Source of the DNA: a bacterium
Lineage (GTDB): Bacteria > UBA8248 > JACPRG01 > G963555815
Assembly (NCBI GenBank): GCA_965261595.1
Contig: CBDHDG010000007.1
Coordinates: 576,001-640,000, forward strand
Reading direction: 5' to 3'
DNA length: 64,000 nt
Positions 30,351 through 40,612 of this stretch are shown one piece after another (the first letter of the stretch is position 1; each line of letters opens with the position of its first letter). The position numbers were made by a program, and so were the translations under genes. The notes under the pieces are model-generated. The model was not told where the DNA came from. It ran no database searches and saw nothing but the letters and a program-made list of their open reading frames with translations.

Positions 30351-31091
30351 TCAGCTCTTGAGATTCTTCTCCAGAAATCCGAGTGTTCGTTCCAAAGAGA
30401 GCTTTGACGCGGCCTCGTGGTAGGAGCCTTCGCGGTGGTCGTTGAAGAACCCGTGGCCCGCGCCTTCGTAGACAAACACCTCGCTCGTCTTTCCGGCGTC
30501 GTCGAGGGCCTTTCGAATCGTGTCCACCTGATCCAGCGGAATGGCGTGATCCGTCTCGCCGAAATGGCACATCACGGGGCACTGGATGTCCGCCGTCATC
30601 GAGACCGGGGCCGGCGGCGTGCTCTCGTTCAGGTCGTCGCTGACGATTCCGCCGCCGTAATAGACCACACAGGCGGCGAGGTCGGGCATCTTCGTGGCGG
30701 CCAGGTAGGACATCCGCCCGCCCATGCAGTAGCCGAGGACCCCGACCTTGTCGCCGTTCACCTCGCTCAGGCCCTTCAGGTGATCCACGCCCGCCCGCAT
30801 GTCCGCCACCACACCCGCGTCCGTCAGCCGGGATTTTTTATCGCGTGCGACATCGAACTCGGTGTAGGGCGTATGGGGCTCCGTCTCGCGGTGGAAAAGC
30901 TCGACGGATATCACCGCGTAGCCCTGGTCGGCGTACCGGCGGCAGACGTCCTGGATGTGGCCGTTGACGCCGAAAATCTCCTCGATGAGCAGCAGGCCGG
31001 GGTGCGGTCCGGGTCCTTCCGGAAGGACCAGGTGCGCGGGGACCTGGGCGCCGCCTGAGGGGATGTGAATGTCTTGCGCGTTGGACGCCAT
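30351..31091 (-). CDS. Dienelactone hydrolase family protein
   Basis: EEIFGVN, GYCMGG nucleophile, FGETD, GAGHGF. Confidence 0.92.
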   Translation of the reverse strand: MASNAQDIHIPSGGAQVPAHLVLPEGPGPHPGLLLIEEIFGVNGHIQDVCRRYADQGYAVISVELFHRETEPHTPYTEFDVARDKKSRLTDAGVVADMRAGVDHLKGLSEVNGDKVGVLGYCMGGRMSYLAATKMPDLAACVVYYGGGIVSDDLNESTPPAPVSMTADIQCPVMCHFGETDHAIPLDQVDTIRKALDDAGKTSEVFVYEGAGHGFFNDHREGSYHEAASKLSLERTLGFLEKNLKS

Positions 31092-31165
31092 CTTTTCGCC
31101 TCCGGATTCCGTGAGATTGGGAAACGCGGCCTCATTGGACCCATTGCACTCATTGAATTGGGCCG

Positions 31166-32079
31166 TCAGGGTTCGTTCAGCCGCACATCACGCATGAACA
31201 GAATTTCCGGCTCGCGCGGAAGGATTTTTCGGCTCACGAGCAGAACGCCTTTGTTCAGAATCTTAACACAGAACGACCGCTTCGCGAGGCTCGAGAATTC
31301 CTCCGGCAGCGCCACGTCATAATGCATCGGAATCACCAGGCTCGGGCCGATTCGGCGGATCAGGCGAATGGTGTCCGGGTGTTGCAAAGTCCACCTGCCG
31401 TCGATGGAAATGAAGAGGATGTCGATCCGGCCGAGCTTCGCCAGGGTCTCCTTCTCCAGGGGGTGATTCAGGTTGCCCAGGTGGGCGGCGCAGAGTCCCG
31501 CGGCTTCGATGACGAAGATGGAGTTGGTGTTCGTGTGGAATCCGCCCGCCTCGATGAAGTTCGTGGGAACGTTGAAGACGCGCGCGTCCTTCACCCTCAC
31601 GTTCACCTTGGTGATCCCCCGCGAGGGGTTCCCAACCCCTGGGAGGGGTTCCACCCGCGCAGGACCAGGGGGAAGTCGGCGGACTCGGCGCTGTGCGTGT
31701 CATGCGGGTTGCTCATCGTCACGGCGTCGGGCCGGACCGGCGGAAGGTTCCGGGCGTTGTAATCGGTGAAGATCGAAGCCCCGCCCGGCGTTTCGATCAG
31801 GAAGCTCGAATGGCCGCTGAAGGTGATTCGCAAATGACCCGCTGGAACCTGCGATGACCGGGCGGACACCCGCTGAATCCAGAGGCTTGGGTCCAACCGG
31901 CTGCCTTCGGCGACATCCAGGACGCAGGCCCCCCCTGCGGACTCCGCGATGAGAATCAGGGGGAAAACGGCGCAGAACCCGGTCCACCGTTTCAGAACTC
32001 GTTTGAACCCTTCGGGCGATCGCATAACCCGCCACAAGCTCTCCGGCCACCGGCTGCCTTTCGGATTGAGATCATTCAC
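31166..32079 (-). pseudogene. MBL-fold metallo-hydrolase paralog 1, frameshifted by a 20-bp insertion
   Basis: GHSSFLIETPGG, MSNPHDTHS, AHLGNL, IPMHY; insertion at 31625-31644. Confidence 0.82.
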
Positions 32080-32896
32080 CGGCCGGCGCCCCCGCAACGA
32101 TCATAAACATGATCTCCGTCTTATTCGGTAAATCTTTCCGGTTGAGCATCATATGATTTCCGTTGAAGATTTTGAGCGGAAACAGATCCTTCGCGAGGGC
32201 CGCGAAGGCGTTGGGGCCCGTCGTGTCGAAATGCATGGGGATGACCAGCGGCGGGCGGACCTGCTGAATCACCTTGATGGCGTCCGGAGGGCTCAGCGCG
32301 CCGATCGTGCCGATGGGGATGAAAAGGACATCGATGCGGCCGAGTCTATCGAGGGTTTCTTGACCGAGCAGGTGATTCAGGTTGCCCAGGTGGGCGACGC
32401 ACAATCCCGCGACCTCAATCACAAAGATGGAATTGATGTAGTATTTTTGGCCGTCGATATCGGTCGGATTCGTCGGGATGTTGAAAATCCGGGCGTCTTT
32501 GAGCCGGAAATCCACCTTGGCCTTCCCCCCTTTCGGATTCCAGCCGAGGAAGACCTTGACGCCGCCCGAGTCCAGGCCCCGAACGCTGTGGGTCGGATGC
32601 GGGTTGCTCATGGTCACGATGTCGGGCAGGGCCGGTGGAAGATTCCGGGCGTTGTAGTCCGTGAAGAGGGTGGCACCGCCGGGTGTCTCGAAGAAAAAGC
32701 TGGAGTGTCCGGCGAATATCACCCGCAAATAGCCCGACGGGACGGCGGGAAGTCCGTGAGCGGAAACGCGCACGATCCCCGGACCGGCGGACGGCGTTTC
32801 GCCCTTCACCATGTTGAGCACGCATGCCCCCCAGGCGGACCCGGCCGACAGGATCAGCGGCAGGGCGGCCATGAAATGAAACGACCGTCTTACCAT
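32072..32896 (-). CDS. MBL-fold metallo-hydrolase paralog 2 (signal peptide)
   Basis: GHSSFFFETPGG, MSNPHPTHS, AHLGNL, IPMHF. Confidence 0.85.
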   Translation of the reverse strand: MVRRSFHFMAALPLILSAGSAWGACVLNMVKGETPSAGPGIVRVSAHGLPAVPSGYLRVIFAGHSSFFFETPGGATLFTDYNARNLPPALPDIVTMSNPHPTHSVRGLDSGGVKVFLGWNPKGGKAKVDFRLKDARIFNIPTNPTDIDGQKYYINSIFVIEVAGLCVAHLGNLNHLLGQETLDRLGRIDVLFIPIGTIGALSPPDAIKVIQQVRPPLVIPMHFDTTGPNAFAALAKDLFPLKIFNGNHMMLNRKDLPNKTEIMFMIVAGAPAGE

Positions 32897-32968
32897 CTCC
32901 GCACAAGCTTCAAGGAATCGGGGCAAAGCCGCGTCTCCTTAAAAAGGCCATCAGGACCCCCCTCTGTG

Positions 32969-33787
32969 TCACCGCCCCCGCAGGAACACGACCTCCGTAC
33001 GGCGCGGGAGGGTCTTGCGGCTGACGAGCAGGTGGTCCTTGTCATGGACCTTCACCGGAAACATTTGTCCCGCGAGGGCGCCGAAAACACTCGGGCCCAT
33101 GAAATCGTACTGCATTGGAATCACGATGGCGGGACCGATCTGCCGGATAAGCCGGAGGGCGTCGGCGTGATTGAGCGTCCAGGAGCCGTCGGCGGATATG
33201 AAGAGGACATCGATCCGTCCGAGGGCCCGGAGGGTCTTCTTGTCGAGGAGGTGTCTGAGATTGCCCAGGTGGGCGACGCACAGCCCGGCCGCCTCCACGA
33301 CGAAAATGGAATTGCCGTTCGTCCGGACGCCGCCGAAGTCGCTGAAGTTCGTCGCGACGTTGAAGACCTTCGCGTCCTTGATCCTCACGTCCACACGGGC
33401 GACGCCCCCTTTGGGGTCCCAGCCGCGCAAGGGATGGGTGACGGCCGGGTCGATGGCGCCCGAGCTGTGCAGGTGGTGGGCGTTGCTCATCGTCGCCGCG
33501 TCGGGTGTCCAGGCGGGCGGAGCCTGGTCGTTGTAATCCGTGACGATCGAGGCGCCCCCCGGCGTCTCGACCAGAAAGCTGGAATGGCCGAGGTAGGTGA
33601 CGCGAAGATGACCCGGCGGGACCGGCGCGGGTCTGTGCGAGGAAACCCTCTGAATCCACGGAACGCGCTCGGCCACGTTCAGGACGCATGCCCCCAAAGC
33701 ACCCTTGGGGATGAGGGCGAACACAACCGCGGCCCCGACAAAGGCCAAACACCTGAGGAAAGATCCCCGCGACTCGATGTCCCGCAT
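32969..33787 (-). CDS. MBL-fold metallo-hydrolase paralog 3 (signal peptide)
   Basis: GHSSFLVETPGG, MSNAHHLHS, AHLGNL, IPMQY. Confidence 0.85.
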   Translation of the reverse strand: MRDIESRGSFLRCLAFVGAAVVFALIPKGALGACVLNVAERVPWIQRVSSHRPAPVPPGHLRVTYLGHSSFLVETPGGASIVTDYNDQAPPAWTPDAATMSNAHHLHSSGAIDPAVTHPLRGWDPKGGVARVDVRIKDAKVFNVATNFSDFGGVRTNGNSIFVVEAAGLCVAHLGNLRHLLDKKTLRALGRIDVLFISADGSWTLNHADALRLIRQIGPAIVIPMQYDFMGPSVFGALAGQMFPVKVHDKDHLLVSRKTLPRRTEVVFLRGR

Positions 33788-34043
33788 CCTTCCGTTTTTT
33801 ATCAGGTGGGTCGGGCATCCCGCCCGACCCTTGCCGGGCAGGATGCCCGGCCTACCCCGCGCTCGGCGAATGGGTGGACCCGCTATCGGACATCGCTCCT
33901 CTGCCATCCCTTGCGTCCAATGGTTGGTGAGAAATGCAGGCCAAAGTCTCCGCGCGGCGCCGTTGATGTAGAAGCGGCGCCGGGGTCAGTGTTCCCTTTT
34001 AAATTAACACGGTCCATTATCAGATAAATTCCTAAAATGCAGT

Positions 34044-34072
34044 TTGACAGCGGGTCGCACGGCAAGTATCAT
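34044..34072 (+). promoter_or_regulatory. Putative sigma70 promoter
   Basis: TTGACA-N17-TATCAT upstream of the XRE regulator. Confidence 0.6.
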
Positions 34073-34122
34073 CCCATGATATAAAATTCCACTCCCAAGA
34101 ATCCTCTCGGACTGGGAAGGCC

Positions 34123-34692
34123 ATGGAAGGTACAGTCTCTATCGAGGAAACGGTGGGGACGCGGATACGCGATCTCCGCAAAGCCCGGCGTTTCACGCTC
34201 GAACAACTGGCCGAGCGCGCAGGCATTTCGAAGAGCGTCCTGTCGAAGATCGAGAACGGCAAGGTGAGCTCGCCCATCTCGACTTACACCCGGATCTCCT
34301 CGGCCCTGAACGTATCCCTGTCGGACATGTTCAGCGAAGAGAACGGCGAGGACCCCTCCCTCGTCCGGAAGGGAGACCGAAAACCGCTCTCCCATACTGA
34401 CACGCAGTTCGGCTACACCTATTACTCGCTCTCGCCCAGCCGGCTGGGCAGACGGATGGCCCCCTTCCTGTTGATCTACCCCCATGACCTGCCTGAAATT
34501 CCCACCGCTCATCATTCGGGCGAGGAGTTTTTGTTCATCCTGAAGGGGGACCTGGAATTCGTGTACGAGGAGAAGACGCTGATTCTCTCGGAGGGGGACA
34601 GCCTTTACATCGACGCCCAGACGCTTCACAGCGCTCGGGCGCTCGGCGGCCGGGAGTGTGAAGTCCTCGTCATCGGAACCTCGAACCCCTGA
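34123..34692 (+). CDS. XRE-family HTH/cupin transcriptional regulator
   Basis: TLEQLAERAGISKSVLSKIENG; cupin HSGEEF...GDSLY...H. Confidence 0.92.
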   Translation: MEGTVSIEETVGTRIRDLRKARRFTLEQLAERAGISKSVLSKIENGKVSSPISTYTRISSALNVSLSDMFSEENGEDPSLVRKGDRKPLSHTDTQFGYTYYSLSPSRLGRRMAPFLLIYPHDLPEIPTAHHSGEEFLFILKGDLEFVYEEKTLILSEGDSLYIDAQTLHSARALGGRECEVLVIGTSNP

Positions 34693-34709
34693 CCGAAACG
34701 GGAGGAAAG

Positions 34710-35867
34710 ATGGCGCTCGACTATCACCGATTCCCGAAGGCGGAGTACGAAAGCCGGTGGGGGAACGCCCAAAGGCGGATGGCCGAGGCCGGCCTCGACG
34801 CCCTCCTCATCACCGAGAGGGCCAACTACGTTTACTTCTGCGGCGGCAACCCGGACTTCTCCTTCTCCCGGCCGACGACCTTCATCCTTCCCGAGTCGGG
34901 GGCGCCGGTTTGCGTCGTTCAGCAATTCTTCCGGGACCTGACCGCCCGGAGCGCCTACGTGGACGACGTTCGGGTGTACGACACGCTGGGCGGCGCGCCC
35001 ATCGGGATGATCGCCGGGGCGTTGAAGGACCTCGGGGCGGCCGCGGGGAAGGTCGGCTGCGAGTTGGGCTACGAACAGCGTCTCGGCGTCTCGGCGGAGG
35101 ATTTCCAGGCCCTCGGAAAGGCCCTGCCGGGCGCGACGCTGACCGACGGCTCGGGGGTGATCTGGGGCTGCCGGATGGTGAAATCACCCGCCGAGGCCGC
35201 GCGTCTGCGCGAAGCCGGGCGCATCACGGGCGAGGTCTACGAGGCCCTGTTCCCGACCGTCCGCCCCGGCATGACCGAGACCGAGATCGTCGATCGGTTC
35301 CTCCGGATGCACATGAGCCGCGGGGGCGGCTCGCCCTGGTTCCTCATCAACTCCGGTCCCGAAAACTACGACATCCCCTGTGGGGGGCCGGCCGGACGGA
35401 CGCTCCAGGCCGGTGACGTTCTCTGGATGGACGGAGGATGCTGCGTGGGGGATTACTGGTCGGACTACACGCGGATGCTCTTCCTGGGCGAGCCCACGGA
35501 CGATCAGCGCAAGGTCTACGACCTCATCACCGGCGTCACGCGAAAGACGGTCGAGGCCGTGCGGCCCGGCGTCCGGTGCTCCGACCTCCAGGCGCTGAAC
35601 GACCGGCTGTTCGAGGAGGCGGGATACGACTACAACGAGATCAACTTCGCCGGCGGACGGATCGGCCACGGCTTGGGGACGATGATCACCGAACCGCCCC
35701 ATGTCGCGGCCTATGACGACACGGTCCTGGAGCCCGGAATGGCCATCACCATCGAGCCCGGCTGGATGCGGGACGATGGCTGCTTCCACGTCGAGGACAA
35801 TGTCCTCGTCATCGAGGATGGGTGCGAGATCCTGAGCCGGTGCCCGCGTGATTTGTGGGTGGTTTGA
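34710..35867 (+). CDS. M24 (Xaa-Pro peptidase/creatinase) family protein
   Basis: RMVKSPAE, D..SDYTR, GHGLG, TIEPG, HVEDNV. Confidence 0.9.
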   Translation: MALDYHRFPKAEYESRWGNAQRRMAEAGLDALLITERANYVYFCGGNPDFSFSRPTTFILPESGAPVCVVQQFFRDLTARSAYVDDVRVYDTLGGAPIGMIAGALKDLGAAAGKVGCELGYEQRLGVSAEDFQALGKALPGATLTDGSGVIWGCRMVKSPAEAARLREAGRITGEVYEALFPTVRPGMTETEIVDRFLRMHMSRGGGSPWFLINSGPENYDIPCGGPAGRTLQAGDVLWMDGGCCVGDYWSDYTRMLFLGEPTDDQRKVYDLITGVTRKTVEAVRPGVRCSDLQALNDRLFEEAGYDYNEINFAGGRIGHGLGTMITEPPHVAAYDDTVLEPGMAITIEPGWMRDDGCFHVEDNVLVIEDGCEILSRCPRDLWVV

Positions 35868-35878
35868 GCGAGGCGCCA

Positions 35879-36015
35879 GGGGGGGGACATTTTGAAAACT
35901 GTCCCCCCCCCTGGACCCCCCCTCTCGAAAACGTTCGGCGGCCAAGCTGTAAGCTTGGCCTTACCCGCGCTTGGAGGGACGATTCCACTTCGCGCGTTTG
36001 TTTGGCGCGGCCAAA
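35879..36015. repeat. Modular hairpin repeat
   Basis: GGGGGACATTTTGAAAACTGTCCCCC, GGCCAAGCT-GTA-AGCTTGGCC, CCCGCGCTTGG. Confidence 0.7.
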
Positions 36016-36265
36016 AAACCTGCCTGCGTCAGACAAATGGAGGTTGGGCTCCAACCTGCGGGCCGGTTAGCCCTTCGCTCGGAAGAGAATTGGCCGCCTT
36101 CCAAAGACAAGCGGGAATGCGGACATTCGGTGGCGGCTTACCGCAATCGCCCACTTAACTTTTTAAGACAAATCGGAGGGCCGTGCGCCAGAGAAGTTAT
36201 CATGAGCAAAACCCCTCCACCCGTAGCTTGGCCGGCACGCAAGTGCCCAGGACTTGGAGTGCGTT

Positions 36266-38038
36266 ATGCCTAATTTAGCGGACATTGTGGACGAGGTTAT
36301 CCGGACAGACGTATTGATTGCGGGAACCGAAGGGGCCGGCGCCCGGGCGGCGATCTCGGCCCACGACGCGGGGGCCTCGGTCACCTGCGTGACCAAGGGA
36401 TTCGTCGGCAAAAGCGGCGCCACCCTCACGGCCGACGCCGACATCGACGTAGACAGCCGGACGTGCATCAAGCTCTTCAACCTGCCCGGCCATCCCGACG
36501 ACAGCGTTCAGACCTTCTTTGAGGACATGGTCCACGAGGGGGACTGGATCAACAACCAACGCCTCGTCGAGGTTCACGCCGAAGAGGCCGGACCGCGAAT
36601 CAAGGACCTGGTCGACTGGGGCATCCGCATCGAGCGCCTGACCCACGCGCCGGGCCACCGGTACCCGCGCGGCATCTGGATCGAAGGCCCCGAGTTCGCC
36701 CGGGTCCTCACCCAGGAAATCAAGAAACGGCCCGGCATCCAGCTCGTCGAGACCTTCATGCTCACCGACATCCTAACGAGCGGCGGCCGGTGCGTCGGGG
36801 CCATCGGGCTAGATTACCGCCGCGGCAAGATCATCGCTTTCGAGGCTTCGGCGGTGATCCTGTGCACGGGCGGGGCCATGCGGATGTACCGGTACACCAC
36901 CGCGCCGGAAGAGCTGACGGGGGACGGCCTGGCCGCCGCCTACCGGGCGGGGGCGGAGCTTCAGGACATGGAGTTCCCCATGTTCCTGCCTTACATCCTC
37001 ATCAAGCCCGACGCCGTCAACAGCATCGATTTCCCCTACCTGCTGGCGCACTTCCTCGACGCCAAAGCCCTGAACCGCGCGGGCCAGGAGTACATGATCA
37101 AGTGGGACCGGCTGCGCATGACGAAGAGCACGCGGGACGTCAACGCCATCGCCCAAATGATGGAGGTCCTCGAAGGACGCGGAAGCCCCAACGACGGGAC
37201 CTATCTCTCGCTCAAGCATATTCCCCGAAACATCCTGGAGCGAGGCTCGCAGTGGCTGCCGAAGATGATCGCGAAGTGGCGCTACGGGGCCTTCAAGATG
37301 AAGGAGTTCCTGCCCGACCTTTCCCAGGACGCCATCGAGTGCGCCCCGGCTTGCCACTTCTGGAACGGGGGGATCAAGATCACCGAGGACTGCGAGACCA
37401 ACCTCCCCGGTCTCTACGCGGCGGGAGAAGGGACCGCCGGCACGCACGGGAGCAACCGGGTGTCGGGCAACGCCCTGACGATGACCCAGGTCCTCGGGCC
37501 CAGGGCCGGTGAAGCGACGGCCAAATTCGTGAAAGAGCACGGCCGCGCGGAAGTGGACGCCGAACAGGCCGCGGTGTTCGCCGAGAAAATCCGGGCGCCG
37601 CTGAACCGCAAGTCCGGCGCGAGCCCCATCGAGATCCGCAAGGAGACCCGCCGGCTCTCTCACCTCTACCTGAACGCCGTGCGGGACGGGGACAATCTCA
37701 AGAGCACCCTCGAGAGGGTCGAGGAGCTGCAGAAACAGGAAAAAACCGTCCGCACCAAAAACCCGGACCTGCGACAATACAACATGGAGTGGATCGAGGC
37801 CCTCCAGACGGAGAACCTCCTGACCGTCATGGAGATGGTCGGCAAGGCGAGCCTGATGCGCGAGGAGAGCCGGGGCGCCATGTTCCGGCGGGACTTCAAT
37901 GACACCGACGGCGTGAACTGGTTGAAGAACATCATCGTCTATCAGGAAGGCGAGCAGATGAATTTCCGGACGGAGCCCGTCGTCGTCACAACGATGGAGC
38001 TGCCGCGCAAGGTGTACAAATACTGGGACGCGGAGTGA
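36266..38038 (+). CDS. SdhA/FrdA/NadB-family flavoprotein
   Basis: LCTGG, TGDG, RDV, CHFWNGG, GLYAAGE, HGSNRVSGN, REESRGA. Confidence 0.88.
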   Translation: MPNLADIVDEVIRTDVLIAGTEGAGARAAISAHDAGASVTCVTKGFVGKSGATLTADADIDVDSRTCIKLFNLPGHPDDSVQTFFEDMVHEGDWINNQRLVEVHAEEAGPRIKDLVDWGIRIERLTHAPGHRYPRGIWIEGPEFARVLTQEIKKRPGIQLVETFMLTDILTSGGRCVGAIGLDYRRGKIIAFEASAVILCTGGAMRMYRYTTAPEELTGDGLAAAYRAGAELQDMEFPMFLPYILIKPDAVNSIDFPYLLAHFLDAKALNRAGQEYMIKWDRLRMTKSTRDVNAIAQMMEVLEGRGSPNDGTYLSLKHIPRNILERGSQWLPKMIAKWRYGAFKMKEFLPDLSQDAIECAPACHFWNGGIKITEDCETNLPGLYAAGEGTAGTHGSNRVSGNALTMTQVLGPRAGEATAKFVKEHGRAEVDAEQAAVFAEKIRAPLNRKSGASPIEIRKETRRLSHLYLNAVRDGDNLKSTLERVEELQKQEKTVRTKNPDLRQYNMEWIEALQTENLLTVMEMVGKASLMREESRGAMFRRDFNDTDGVNWLKNIIVYQEGEQMNFRTEPVVVTTMELPRKVYKYWDAE

Positions 38039-38045
38039 GGAGACC

Positions 38046-38414
38046 ATGGCGAAGACTTACACGGTGAAACTCGAGCGGTATAATCCGGATGCCGATAAGG
38101 AACCCTACTACGACGACTTCCAGGTGCCCATCGAGGAAGGCTGGAGCCTCCTCAACGTCCTGGCCTACATCTACGAGGAGCTGGATCCCTCGGTTTGTTA
38201 TTACGGCTCCTGCCGGGTCGGCAAGTGCGTCGCCTGCCACGTCAAGGTCAACGGAAAAACCCGCCTGGCCTGCACCGAAATCGCGGGACGGGAGGACATG
38301 ACCATCGAGCCCCTGCCCAGCGTCCGGGACACCTTCATCCGGGACGTGGTGCTCGACTGGTCCCAGGTCCGCCCCGCCGGCAGAACCGGGATGAGCGACG
38401 ACGAGGTGGATTAG
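38046..38414 (+). CDS. Stand-alone 2Fe-2S protein resembling the SdhB N-terminal domain
   Basis: RYNP, SCRVGKCVAC-x11-C, IEPLP; no 4Fe-4S/3Fe-4S domain. Confidence 0.85.
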   Translation: MAKTYTVKLERYNPDADKEPYYDDFQVPIEEGWSLLNVLAYIYEELDPSVCYYGSCRVGKCVACHVKVNGKTRLACTEIAGREDMTIEPLPSVRDTFIRDVVLDWSQVRPAGRTGMSDDEVD

Positions 38415-38449
38415 GCCTGCCCGGTTTCACGGAAACGGGAGCACAAAGG

Positions 38450-39448
38450 ATGGCGCGGACCTCCGCACCAATAAACGAAATCGCCGTCTGGCCGGCGTTG
38501 GCGCAATTCTGGCATCCGGTGGCCTACGCCCATGAGGTGACCGACAAGCCGGTCCCTCTTACGCTCCTCGGAGAGGAGATCATTGTCTGCCGGCTGGGGA
38601 AAGAAGTCCAAGCCTTCGCCGACCTGTGCGTCCACCGGGGAACCCCCCTCTCCTTGGGGTGGATCGAGGGGGAGGAGATCATCTGCGCCTACCACGGCTG
38701 GTCCTACAACCGCGAGGGCGAATGCACCCGAATTCCCTCGATTCCCCCGGAGCACCCCATCCCCAAAAGGGCCTGCCTGACCCGCTATCCGGCCCGCGAG
38801 CGATACGGCATCGTTTGGGTCTGCCTGTCCGATGAGCCCCGCGCGCCCGTCCCCGAATACCCGGCCTATGAAGACCCGAACTACCACATCGTTATCCGCG
38901 ACAGGGGTCTCTGGAAGTGCGGTGCGGCGCGGGGAATCGAGAACTTCATCGATCTCGGACATTTTTCCTGGGTTCATGAAGACATCCTGGGAACCCGGGA
39001 CCTCCCGCTGACGCCCGAGATGCACATTGAACGGCACGGCGAGGAGCTTCGCTTCCACTGCGATTGCCTGCCGGACCGGATTCATCCGGTGGCCCACCGG
39101 CGGAACTACAGGCTGGCCCGCCCCTTTTCGATTTACAACTGGAAGGAGCAGGAGGGGGCCGATCGTCAGGAGGTGCTCGTCTTTCTCTGCACGCCGCACA
39201 CCGAGAAGGAGTGCACCTGGTTCTTCCTGATCGCCCGGAACTATGACCCCGACGCGGACAAGGGAGAGGGCGAGGGGCAGGAGAACCTCTACAAGCTCAT
39301 CCTCGAACAGGACCAGGCCATCGTCGAGCGTCAGCGGCCCGAGGCCCTTCCGCTGGACCTGCGGGAGGAGCTCCACGTGAAGGGGCCGGACGCCATCGCC
39401 CTCGAATACAGGAGGTTTCTCGCCGAGCTCGGCGTGGATGTGGCTTAG
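38450..39448 (+). CDS. Rieske non-heme iron oxygenase alpha subunit (VanA/NdmA-like)
   Basis: CVHRG...CAYHGW; ENFIDLGHFSWVH; EQD. Confidence 0.9.
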   Translation: MARTSAPINEIAVWPALAQFWHPVAYAHEVTDKPVPLTLLGEEIIVCRLGKEVQAFADLCVHRGTPLSLGWIEGEEIICAYHGWSYNREGECTRIPSIPPEHPIPKRACLTRYPARERYGIVWVCLSDEPRAPVPEYPAYEDPNYHIVIRDRGLWKCGAARGIENFIDLGHFSWVHEDILGTRDLPLTPEMHIERHGEELRFHCDCLPDRIHPVAHRRNYRLARPFSIYNWKEQEGADRQEVLVFLCTPHTEKECTWFFLIARNYDPDADKGEGEGQENLYKLILEQDQAIVERQRPEALPLDLREELHVKGPDAIALEYRRFLAELGVDVA

Positions 39449-39661
39449 TCTTCGGAAATGGCCGGCCCGCGTCCTCTTGTTCGGACCGGCCTGCTTCATT
39501 CAGTATGGGTGAAATCCAACAGGGCCGACCGCGCGGCCTTGCGGTTGCCCCGGCTTCCCGAAAGCGGACGGGCCTGATTCTCTCCGGCTTCCATCGCGCG
39601 TCGGGAGACGCCGCTTGATCATGAGCGGCGCTCCGCACCTTCAGCAGCCTGTGAGAATCCG

Positions 39662-40536
39662 ATGAGTCTCCTGTTCATCGCCGAAATCCTCGCCTTGGTC
39701 ACGGCTGTCCTCTTCGCCACGGGGGATTTTGTCGGGCGGCTCGCCATCCGGCACGCGCCGCCGTACATGGGGGGCTCATGTCGGCGGCCGTGGGGTGCGT
39801 CGTGTTCGGCGCCGCATGGCTGGCGATCCCTTCGACCGTCCCGCTCAACCTGCCGGGTGTGGTGTGGTTCTTTTTTGCGGGACTGATTCACCCCGCGTTC
39901 GGATTCATTATCCTGTTGAAGGCGTTCGAGAAGGCCGGGGTCGGCCGCTCGGCCGCAATCCTGGGGACCGGCCCGTTTTTCAGTGTGGCCATCGCCATCC
40001 TCTTCCTCGGCGAGCAGCCGACCTGGTTTGTGCTCGGCGGCACGCTGTTGATTGTCCTGGGGGTTGTCTGCGTCAGTCTGGAGGAAGGAACGGAAGGCCC
40101 CGTCAAGTGGAAGAGCTTGGGCTACCCGTTCTTAACGGCGTTCTTGTTCGGCCTCGCGCCCGTACTCAGGAAGTCGGGTTTGAATCACATCCCCTCCCCG
40201 ATGGTCGGCATGGCCATTTCCTCCTTGTCCGGAACGGTTTGTCTGCTGGCCTGCGCGGGGTTTTTCCCGGCCGGGCGGCGGTTCAACGGCAACCGAAGAG
40301 GGATCGGGCTCTATACCATCTCCGGAGCCCTCTTCGCCCTGGGTGTTTATACGTATTTCTCGGCCCTCGAAAAGGGGGATGTTTCGATCGTTGTGCCTCT
40401 CCTTTTCACGCATACGCTGATGCTGCTCGTCCTGGTTCACTTTTTCCTTCGGCAATTTGAACGGCTCGCGCCGCGGCTCGCGGGCGGCGCGGTCTTGATC
40501 GTCTGCGGAGCGGTGGTCATCACAACGCTCGGGTAG
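39662..40536 (+). CDS. DMT/EamA family transporter (frameshift in G-run ~39770)
   Basis: Multi-TM paralog of 40613-41494; one G missing in a homopolymer, probably an error. Confidence 0.8.
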
Positions 40537-40612
40537 GGCGCGCACATCCGCCTCCCCCCTCGCCCGGGCGCCCGGAAGGCGGAGAGGCCGGTTTTCGGAG
40601 ACTGGACATTCC

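Noticed and set aside
36266..38414. Canonical succinate dehydrogenase / fumarate reductase
   Set aside because: No covalent-FAD His, no QFHPT His, Fe-S subunit truncated, no membrane anchors
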